A stretch of 64,000 nt of DNA from positions 1,216,001 to 1,280,000 of the forward strand of contig JBEKFP010000001.1 of NCBI GenBank assembly GCA_050013255.1, in the 5' to 3' direction. This document shows, piece after piece, positions 56,721-64,000 of this stretch (its first letter is position 1; every line of letters begins with the position of its first letter). Below the pieces are notes generated by a model, which did not search any database, was not told the DNA's origin, and was given only the letters and a program-made list of their open reading frames with translations. The DNA comes from Candidatus Bathyarchaeia archaeon (GTDB taxonomy: Archaea > Thermoproteota > Bathyarchaeia > 40CM-2-53-6). The translations under genes and the position numbers were made by a program.

Positions 56721-56953
56721 GTTGCCGCCCAACTTTCGAGGCAGATGTGGCTTTCCCTTCGCGAGGGACTTTCGACCCTCCCCTCGTCCAACGCCTTGGT
56801 TTTCCCTCACTCGGGCCTCACGGAGTTTCTGCGGTTTCCCGCTAGCGTCGTGACGCTACACCCGAGCGCTCATCGATCCACGTAACGACCCAAGGCAAAC
56901 CCTGGGACGGAAGCCGACCGACGAATCTACCCCTGTCTCGGTTGGGCAGCACC
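56721..56953 (-). ncRNA. Unassigned highly structured ncRNA candidate (~233 nt)
   Basis: Six nested long-range helices plus hairpins with GNRA loops; G-U pairs and GAAA/GUGA loops occur only on the minus strand. Confidence 0.7.
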
Positions 56954-57095
56954 ATAACATTGTCATCGCAGAGATAAGGGGGTTGCGGCTGGATTCCACA
57001 CGTCAAATGCGTTTTCCAGTGGAACATAGCAAGGTCGGGCTGCTCGCTACCTTCAAAAGGCCAAAACGCCACGACTCGATCAGGGTGCATGAACC

Positions 57096-57335
57096 ATGTC
57101 TAACCCAAACACTCACCATTGCACCAAAAGCTCTCTCACGATGGAATTTTCCTGGGCAAGGTTGCAATGGCTGGGGTTCAAGAGATCCTACCTCATAGGC
57201 GTTGGGAAGGTTTCCTGCGAGAAATGCGGACGGATATTTCCGATCGAGGAAGGCGCTGTTCAAAAGGCCTTGGCGAAAAGGGCGATTGAGTTCAAAGACG
57301 ACCTTCGAAAAATCGCGCTCGAAAACGGAAGTTAG
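57096..57335 (+). CDS. Small hypothetical protein, possible Zn-binder
   Basis: HHC...CEKC. Confidence 0.5.
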   Translation: MSNPNTHHCTKSSLTMEFSWARLQWLGFKRSYLIGVGKVSCEKCGRIFPIEEGAVQKALAKRAIEFKDDLRKIALENGS

Positions 57336-57587
57336 CTTGATTGGGTCGATTAACTCCAGTACCTATGGCCGTTCTAATGTGCCCAAGCTCTCGTTAATGC
57401 TCCTTGCTGGGTCAACACTCAACGCAAGATCATGTGTTGGTAATTTTCATGAGCATGAAACCTTTCGATTATCAACCAGCTGTCTTGCGGTTTTTCGGTT
57501 CAGCAGAACCATGAGCAGGTCTTTGTGAATCTTAATAGTTGAGTTCGCAGTGAGTTAGAGAGTCGCTTTACTTTGGATTGATGATTA

Positions 57588-58058
57588 ATGGCTGAAGATA
57601 AGATTGGCCAAATAATGAGTAAACCTGTCCGAACAGTGAAGCCCGACGAGAAGCTCACCGCGGCAGTCGCAGCAATGGACAACAACAGTATCGGTAGCGT
57701 CGTTGTTCTTGATGGCGAGACCGCTATCGGAATCATTACCGAGGGTGACGTAGTCGAGCAAATCTCGAAAGGAGCTCAAATCCTTCTTGAACCAGTAAAG
57801 CAAGTTATGTCAAAACCGCTCATCACAGGGACACCTGATATGGCCGTTCAGGACGCCGTGAACCTGATGCTCGAGAAAAGGATTCGTCAACTTCCCATCG
57901 TTGAAGGAAGCAAATTAGTTGGCATAGTTACCGATCGAGATTTGATGCGGTCGGTTCTCCGCGCCTCATACGAGAAGCTAAGCAAACCTAAGCTGCGGGA
58001 ATTAGAGCTTGAAGCGGCCAGGATAGCAGCCCAGATAGTTACACTGCTGAATCTCTAA
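57588..58058 (+). CDS. CBS domain pair protein
   Basis: IMSKPV, GIITEGD, GIVTDRD. Confidence 0.92.
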   Translation: MAEDKIGQIMSKPVRTVKPDEKLTAAVAAMDNNSIGSVVVLDGETAIGIITEGDVVEQISKGAQILLEPVKQVMSKPLITGTPDMAVQDAVNLMLEKRIRQLPIVEGSKLVGIVTDRDLMRSVLRASYEKLSKPKLRELELEAARIAAQIVTLLNL

Positions 58059-58076
58059 GCACTCTGATTCAACGTT

Positions 58077-59414
58077 TCATCGTCGCCGCGACAGAACGAC
58101 TGCGGCTACAATTGCAATGGCTGCCACTAATCCCGCAATTAGTACGAGCCCCGAGGGTTTGTCGGTTAAGGAAACTGTCGTTGCGGTAGGTTGCGTAGCT
58201 GCCGCGGTTGTTGTCGTCAATCCATTTCCTGCAAGCTGTCCGTAAAATGTGCCTGTGGGGGAGAACTGGTTGTTCAGAATATTCTGGGACGCAACCCTAC
58301 CTAGCGCTGTTGCGAGGTCCTGATAGGATAAGCCCGCAGTACTCGAGGTGTAATCGACGTATCCAAAGAATTGCATGCTCCAGAAGGGCGAGATGTAACC
58401 AATCCCCTCAACCTTCGCCGCCGTAACCATCACCGCCAAGAACTCTTGGTCCAACGGTACCCAGAAGCTGAACGCATCATTGCGAAAAACGTCGACGTTT
58501 GAGACTATGCTCGAGGCCTGCAGCGTCCCAACCTTATACAACCAAGCCTCATCCAACACCACGCGCTTCCCGTATTGTTTGGCGATGTCAGAGAACGTGA
58601 GGAGCCGCTGAAGAGTTGGGCCGACGACCGGGTAAACGTGTAACGAGATAAAATCTAGGCTGGTGTTCACCCCAAGGCTCTGCACATACGTGTTGCTAAG
58701 CCATGTCCCACTTCCAGCTCCGAGCTTAGTGTGGCCTCGATTCAAATCTTCCAGAATGTGGTTTACATACGTCGTGTAGGAGTTGGGGGAATTGAACTCA
58801 GTGAAACCGGTCAGCTTATACTGCGTGTCAGGCTCCGCGCCCAAATCCAAGTAGTCCGGTTGCAGGTCTTGAATGAACGCCGAAACCATTTCCTTCCTCT
58901 CCGCTTCGAACTGCTGCGGAGTCAACTTCGAGTAATCGAAGGTTATCGGTGAAAATGCCGTATTCGCGAACAGTATAGAGGATTCAATTTCAACCATCCC
59001 GCGCTTCCTAACCTCTTGTACAACCTGCTTGTAGAACTGCACGTAGGCCGAATAGTCGGGAAAGCTAGGTGTGTATAAGGGGAAACCAATTGGGAAGGTG
59101 ACGCCGCCTATGCCCAGTTCCTTAAGCCGGTCCAAGTACAGGATCACGGCCTGCATCGTATTCGGCGCGAGCAACGCATCCTCCCGATTCGAGTTCGCAG
59201 GTAACAGCTCTGCACCGAAAATTGGCGAACCTGTCCCAGGGCCCATGGTGGCTAGGGTGGCGTTGAAATCGTCCAGACTCGATTTGAGCGTTGAATAGAG
59301 CTGCTGGTACTCCGGCGGAACTTGAGCAGTCTGAGCCGCTCCAGAGAACGCAGAAGCAGTTGGAACTGCGAGCAAACCAAGCAGAAACAGGACACTAACC
59401 TGATAGGCGTTCAA
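58077..59414 (-). CDS. Secreted, C-terminally anchored TIM-barrel glycoside hydrolase-like protein
   Basis: Signal peptide, GAEPD and VLDEAW clan GH-A-like glutamates, LDFISLHVYP, Thr-rich linker, TM plus RRR. Confidence 0.65.
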   Translation of the reverse strand: MNAYQVSVLFLLGLLAVPTASAFSGAAQTAQVPPEYQQLYSTLKSSLDDFNATLATMGPGTGSPIFGAELLPANSNREDALLAPNTMQAVILYLDRLKELGIGGVTFPIGFPLYTPSFPDYSAYVQFYKQVVQEVRKRGMVEIESSILFANTAFSPITFDYSKLTPQQFEAERKEMVSAFIQDLQPDYLDLGAEPDTQYKLTGFTEFNSPNSYTTYVNHILEDLNRGHTKLGAGSGTWLSNTYVQSLGVNTSLDFISLHVYPVVGPTLQRLLTFSDIAKQYGKRVVLDEAWLYKVGTLQASSIVSNVDVFRNDAFSFWVPLDQEFLAVMVTAAKVEGIGYISPFWSMQFFGYVDYTSSTAGLSYQDLATALGRVASQNILNNQFSPTGTFYGQLAGNGLTTTTAAATQPTATTVSLTDKPSGLVLIAGLVAAIAIVAAVVLSRRR

Positions 59415-59484
59415 GTAGACTCGACCGCGAGAGGTCAGCTGGAGATTTTCAATATTAGGGGTTGTGAACGAATCGTCCTCAATT

Positions 59485-59850
59485 CTACGAGGTTTCAATT
59501 GCGATGAGCGTGGACAGTGAGAACCAGTCGTCGATGATTTCTTTCGTTGCCTTCTCGTAGTATTTTTCGTAAAGTGCAACTTTGCACCGCCATGCTTCAT
59601 CCGGGTCTTCGTTGATGTAGTGGCCTTTTCCCGTGAAATTTTCTCCACCTATCTCGAATGAGACCTCGCAGTTCTGCTTGATGTTCTTCATCCAATCCGT
59701 CTCCTTCCCCTCGTGGCTGAGGAAGACCTTACCATCACTGGCTGCAAACCACAACTCTACACTGTGCGGTCGCCCCGTCTTTCGTCCCTTCGTCGTGAGG
59801 TGAATGAGTTTCTGAGATCTGACTTTCATCAAGTTGTCTGCATAGGCCAT
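59485..59850 (-). CDS. Deazaflavin-dependent nitroreductase-like (split barrel) protein
   Basis: LTTKGRKTGRPH...WF...DWMKNI. Confidence 0.8.
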   Translation of the reverse strand: MAYADNLMKVRSQKLIHLTTKGRKTGRPHSVELWFAASDGKVFLSHEGKETDWMKNIKQNCEVSFEIGGENFTGKGHYINEDPDEAWRCKVALYEKYYEKATKEIIDDWFSLSTLIAIETS

Positions 59851-60100
59851 CTGCTTTCACATTCGAGGTGCTCTACAACGTATCCGTATTAATTCTGCGC
59901 GGACACACTCCAGCGGTGCCGATTGCACCACGGGAGACAAGGCGAGGTCAGTCGGTTTCTTGGAAAGTCTCCCTACAAGATGTTCTTACGAGTTCCTCTA
60001 GGCGTGTTTCTTATTGTCCTACCTTATACAACGAGAGCATTGACACAATAAAAATCCACTTACTTGATTCGCAAAAAAAGAGGGAAAAGGTCGTAGTCTT

Positions 60101-61435
60101 CTATGCCTTTTCATGATCCAGATCTTTGAGCGTTTTCTGGTATTCTTCGCGTGAAATTTCTCCGGAGGCGTAGCGTTTTCTCAGGATTTGCGTCGGTGTT
60201 TCCTCAGTTCGTTGTGGTTTCAGTTTCAGTTTGGTTTTGGTGAGCGTCGTGCCCATGTTTGTCCCTATGCCTCTTCTTCTTGCCAAGACGGCGGCAGCGA
60301 TCAAAGCCAGCAAGAGCAGAATAATGACAACGGTTGGGGTGGTCATATCTTCTCTAAAGATGGCTGCGACTGTCTTAGGTGAGTCAACGGTGATGGATGC
60401 AGGATTCGAAGTAGCCCCGACACTCCAATGGTCGAAAACCAGCTTCGCCCCCAATGCCTGCCAGGCATCGTGTGTTGGACCTTCGCTTTCTACTTGAACA
60501 GTGGCTTTCGAGCCTTCGTCATACCACCCTGTTCCAGTGGGATTTCCGTAGTCTGACTTGACTTCTACGTAGTATTGTTTATGGTAAACGGCGGCGGCCG
60601 TGTAGGACTGGTCCATTGTGATCGTAGTTTGCGGAGAATTCACATCCGCACCATTCAGGTTCCACGCAACGAACATATCTCTAGTGTCTGACGTAACCTG
60701 TACCATCGGGTCTGTGCTTAGACTCACGGATGAGCCTTTGGCATACCACCCCGAGGGAGAGCTGGTTCCACCCTGAGCATTTTGGACAGTCAGTTGATAT
60801 TGGTTTTCGTAGGTGAATGTGTAGCTTTGGTCGAAGGGTTGGGTTACTGTCTGTGTGGTTGGAACATAGTACGGATAGTAGTAGTACCAAGAGTAGTCTG
60901 GATAGGAGTAGTACCACCAGTCGTAGTAAGGCGAGTAGTACTCTGTGTAACTTGTTACGGATACGTCCTTTCCTTTCTCGCTCGTCCACGAAGTTCCCTT
61001 GGCGTAGAACCTCTCACCACTCTTTCCGCTAACGTAGGAATCGACTTGGTACGTGTGGATGTCGTCGCCTTTGATCTGGAATTTTGCTGTGCCTCCACCT
61101 GCGATTGATGCTACACTCTTTCCGTCGGCCAGAAGGGTAGTCGAGTAATCAGACGGGAATCCTTGGATGGATATTGTAATTGTCGCCGTTGTGACTTTCA
61201 CGGTCTGCCCTTGGTAATTCTCAGACCAGTAAGAAGGAAACGGCCCGGCCCATGGGATGTAAGTTCCAGACGTGTTATAGCCAAAGTAGCATGGCGAACT
61301 TGAACTGCAAGTTGTGCCGTCCGCCCTGACAGGGATTGGGGCAAAGGCGAAAAGCACTAAGATAACTGCGACGATCACGGGAGAACTAAATAGCGTACGC
61401 AAAGTATATCGCGATTTTGTTCTGACCTCAGGCAC
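60101..61435 (-). CDS. Cell-surface protein with beta repeats, Tyr-rich insert, TM and SHOCT domain
   Basis: Signal peptide, GWY..G repeats, ILRKRYASGEISREEY SHOCT motif. Confidence 0.8.
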   Translation of the reverse strand: MPEVRTKSRYTLRTLFSSPVIVAVILVLFAFAPIPVRADGTTCSSSSPCYFGYNTSGTYIPWAGPFPSYWSENYQGQTVKVTTATITISIQGFPSDYSTTLLADGKSVASIAGGGTAKFQIKGDDIHTYQVDSYVSGKSGERFYAKGTSWTSEKGKDVSVTSYTEYYSPYYDWWYYSYPDYSWYYYYPYYVPTTQTVTQPFDQSYTFTYENQYQLTVQNAQGGTSSPSGWYAKGSSVSLSTDPMVQVTSDTRDMFVAWNLNGADVNSPQTTITMDQSYTAAAVYHKQYYVEVKSDYGNPTGTGWYDEGSKATVQVESEGPTHDAWQALGAKLVFDHWSVGATSNPASITVDSPKTVAAIFREDMTTPTVVIILLLLALIAAAVLARRRGIGTNMGTTLTKTKLKLKPQRTEETPTQILRKRYASGEISREEYQKTLKDLDHEKA

Positions 61436-61587
61436 TTAGAAATTGTGTTAATAGAGTACACTTTCATGACTCCTGATATTTACTATTCCGACGGCATATA
61501 CACAAATGGGTCGACGAATCTAGCGGGTCGAGCAGGGTGTGATGCCAACACCTGTCTCTTGCTAATGGAATTTCGTGTGAATGTGGG

Positions 61588-62115
61588 CTAGTCGGTTTGT
61601 GGGAAGTCTCCTTGAAAGATTTCCTCAATGGCCCTTCTAGGCGAAGCTTCGGGTTGTTCCGCCGCGTAACCTACTGAGAACATTGCGACTGGGCGAGCCG
61701 ACTTTAACCCTAAGACTTGCTGCACCTTCTTCTCGTCAAAGTCTCCCACCCAGACTGTTGCCAAGCCGAGGTCCACGGCGGCAAGCATGGCGAAGGCTCC
61801 AGCGATCGTCGCGTCCTGCACGCTGTAAAGTTCCGTACCTCTCTTCCCATATTTTGCGGCTGAGCGGTCAGGGTCTGCGCAGAAGACCAAGCAAACGGGG
61901 GCCTGGGCGATGAAACCTTGACCATGCGCCGCTTTCGCCAGAGCATCCTTCTTCGCCTGGTCGCGAACCACCTGTACCTTGTACGCTTGCAGGTTCCCCG
62001 CCGAAGGCGCCATGTTCGCTGCCTCGAATAGTCGTTTCAGTTTACTCTCCTCAACTGGCTGAGGTTTGTACGCGCGCACCGAACGCCTTTGAGCTAGAAC
62101 TTCAACGAACTCCAA
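61588..62115 (-). CDS. Nitroreductase family protein
   Basis: RRSVRAY, APSAGNLQ, GLATVWVG. Confidence 0.93.
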   Translation of the reverse strand: MEFVEVLAQRRSVRAYKPQPVEESKLKRLFEAANMAPSAGNLQAYKVQVVRDQAKKDALAKAAHGQGFIAQAPVCLVFCADPDRSAAKYGKRGTELYSVQDATIAGAFAMLAAVDLGLATVWVGDFDEKKVQQVLGLKSARPVAMFSVGYAAEQPEASPRRAIEEIFQGDFPQTD

Positions 62116-62232
62116 CTGGAATCATTCTGGGGTTGGCGGCGGGCGGATTAAAGGGGAATTCTTGGCACCCAGAATTGCAACCCAGCGAACCATCGAATTT
62201 ACCATCAGACCTCTAGCTCAGCAGGATTTGCC

Positions 62233-63279
62233 ATGCCGATTCGTTTCGAGTCAGTTACGAGAGAAGCACGCCTCCTTAGCCCTCTCCAGAACTTTGAGCC
62301 GGTGAGCCAAGTAATCGAGCACAGGCGGGATCCGCTAACTGGCCGAAGAGTAATTGTGCTCAAAGGCCGGTTGGATTATGTTAAGCGGTTCATCGAGTCG
62401 GATGAGACCGCCATTGACGATCTAGCAAATTCAACCCTTGAGGGATGTCCCTTCTGTCCCAGTTCGTTGGAGACTAAGGCGCCAAAGTTCATTCCGGAAA
62501 TCTCACGTAAAGGCCGAATTCGCGTGGGTGAAGCGGTGTGCTTTCCAAGCCTCTTCGCCCATGAGGATCATAACGCGATCGTGGTCCCAACACGCTCGCA
62601 CCGTGTCCCGTTAAATCAAATCCAACCGGCCATGCTTGCTGACGCATTCAATGCATGTGTAGAGTATTTTCGCCGACTTAACACCTGGCAACCCGCGGTG
62701 AAGTACAATGCGATTATCGTGAACTTCTACCCGCCCGCGGGTTCAACCGTCGCCCACCCACACGTGCAGGCCCTCGCGAGCGACCTGCCTCTGCAAGGAA
62801 CAGAGGAGCTCACAGACGCGAGCCGCGCGTACTTCCAGAAGCATGGTGCTCCATATTGGACTGAGTTGGTTGAGGAGGAGAGGCGTATCGGGATCAGATA
62901 TCTTGGGGCGACGGGGAGGGTGCATTGGTTAACCCCGTATGCACCGTTTGGTTTGAATGAGGCCCAGGCAGTTGTATCTCATGCTTCAAGCCTAAGTTCA
63001 CTTTCTGATGAGGACTTTCGTGGCCTCTCTGAGGGCCTCGTCAAAGTTCTCAAGTACTATTACGATGTCGGTATCAGGAGCTACAATATCGCGATTTATT
63101 CAGGGCCGTTTAGTGAAAACCTTGACTACTTCGACGTTGGCCTTCGTGTTGTCTCCCGGTATGGGTACAAGCCCAAGTTTGTGAGCGACGTTTGGGCGTT
63201 TCAGTATCTGCTCGGCGGACAGGAGGTTTACGAGGCGCCTGAGGAGACTTGCAGCAAGCTTAGGAAGTACTTCGAATAG
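62233..63279 (+). CDS. galT: Galactose-1-phosphate uridylyltransferase family protein
   Basis: RRDPLTG, CPFC, AGSTVAHPHVQ. Confidence 0.85.
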   Translation: MPIRFESVTREARLLSPLQNFEPVSQVIEHRRDPLTGRRVIVLKGRLDYVKRFIESDETAIDDLANSTLEGCPFCPSSLETKAPKFIPEISRKGRIRVGEAVCFPSLFAHEDHNAIVVPTRSHRVPLNQIQPAMLADAFNACVEYFRRLNTWQPAVKYNAIIVNFYPPAGSTVAHPHVQALASDLPLQGTEELTDASRAYFQKHGAPYWTELVEEERRIGIRYLGATGRVHWLTPYAPFGLNEAQAVVSHASSLSSLSDEDFRGLSEGLVKVLKYYYDVGIRSYNIAIYSGPFSENLDYFDVGLRVVSRYGYKPKFVSDVWAFQYLLGGQEVYEAPEETCSKLRKYFE

Positions 63280-63394
63280 CCCAGGCCAAACTCCATGAGC
63301 CATCAACACATCGAGTTCACCTCACCCAAAGAAGCTCACAACATAATAGTGATTCTAATCTAGGAGACGGCAATACTAGTTCTGTCAGGTCTCT

Positions 63395-63646
63395 GTGATG
63401 ATTTATTGCAAGTATTGCCTCTCTCGCTTGGAAGATTCAGCAACTGAATGCCGGGTTTGTAGGAACGCAACTAGTTACGGCTCGTATCTCGCGTACTATT
63501 ATCCATACGTTCCCTGGGACTTCCCTACTCCAGCTGTTTTTCAGCAAGGACAACAAACGACTGCCTTCAGATCATGCCATTCCTGTTGGCGTCAAGTCGA
63601 CCCCAACGATCGTTTCTGCCGTTATTGCAGAACCTATCTAGGTTAG
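63395..63646 (+). CDS. Double zinc-ribbon small protein
   Basis: Four CxxC pairs. Confidence 0.6.
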   Translation: MMIYCKYCLSRLEDSATECRVCRNATSYGSYLAYYYPYVPWDFPTPAVFQQGQQTTAFRSCHSCWRQVDPNDRFCRYCRTYLG

Positions 63647-63764
63647 GTGCCAACAAAAAACCTTAGACGTGTTTTCAGATCAAACGGAGATACTGCAAAG
63701 TTTCCCTCGGTATCTAGAAGAGTGGGACGGATACGTGAAACGCTTGCGTGGATGAAAGCGCAGC

Positions 63765-64000
63765 ATGACTAGCGTTCTGGTTACTTTCCGCGCTGAGAGC
63801 GAGCATAGGGAGACGCTCACCAAAGCTCTGGGCAAAGCTTCGCGGATAGTCTTTCTCTCCGACGTTTCGCCGCAGAACCGTGCAAAAGAACTCGCCAACG
63901 CCGACGTGCTAATCTCTTGGAGTGTGGAGGAGGAACTGCGGCCTGAGGAATTCAAGTTGCTCGACCACGCTAAGATGTTGCAATTGGTCTCCGCGGGCGT
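63765..64000 (+). CDS. D-2-hydroxyacid dehydrogenase family, N-terminus (3' truncated by window)
   Basis: ELANADVLISW...AKMLQLVSAG. Confidence 0.7.
   Translation, partial: MTSVLVTFRAESEHRETLTKALGKASRIVFLSDVSPQNRAKELANADVLISWSVEEELRPEEFKLLDHAKMLQLVSAG

Noticed and set aside
56721-56953. Assignment of the structured RNA to RNase P, SRP, group II intron or hammerhead
   Set aside because: It has GCAGAAAC and GAAAGUCC fragments but not in RNase P order, no CR-V, no SRP helix-8 motif, no domain V and no CUGAnGA core
60860-60955. Diversity-generating retroelement variable region
   Set aside because: No template repeat or reverse transcriptase in the window, and TGG/CCx codons do not fit A-only mutagenesis of AAY

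Overview
Archaeal chromosomal segment, most consistent with a TACK-lineage organism such as Bathyarchaeia. The basis is Alba, TRAM, TFS, archaeal uL3, an A/V-type ATPase and tRNAs with non-canonical BHB introns; the taxonomic call is an inference. Gene content: a BMP-type nucleoside/sugar ABC transporter, a hydroxyproline dehydratase-type glycyl radical enzyme with its activase next to proline dehydrogenase, a solo Cas4-like nuclease, an orphan rpl3, a complete A/V-type ATPase split into two convergent operons, heme O synthase with a CuA-like cupredoxin, an HtpX/Zn-ribbon/SPFH cluster, several surface proteins and a few gene relics. The most notable items are not in the ORF track. (1) A ~233-nt multi-helix non-coding RNA candidate at 56721-56953 (minus strand) that I cannot assign to a known family. 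(2) An ORFan islet at ~12.7-14.4 kb punctuated by three bipartite GCCCCC...GTTACCA...AGAACC sites, one inverted and two sitting just after stop codons, and containing a U_UUU_UUA -1 frameshift. (3) tRNA-Leu(GAG) with a canonical BHB intron at position 8/9 plus a second intron splitting the anticodon. (4) tRNA-Thr(CGT) with two introns, followed by two tandem tRNA 3'-end relics. No CRISPR array, integrase, transposase or rRNA was seen. All family assignments come from motif recognition by eye, with no database searches run.
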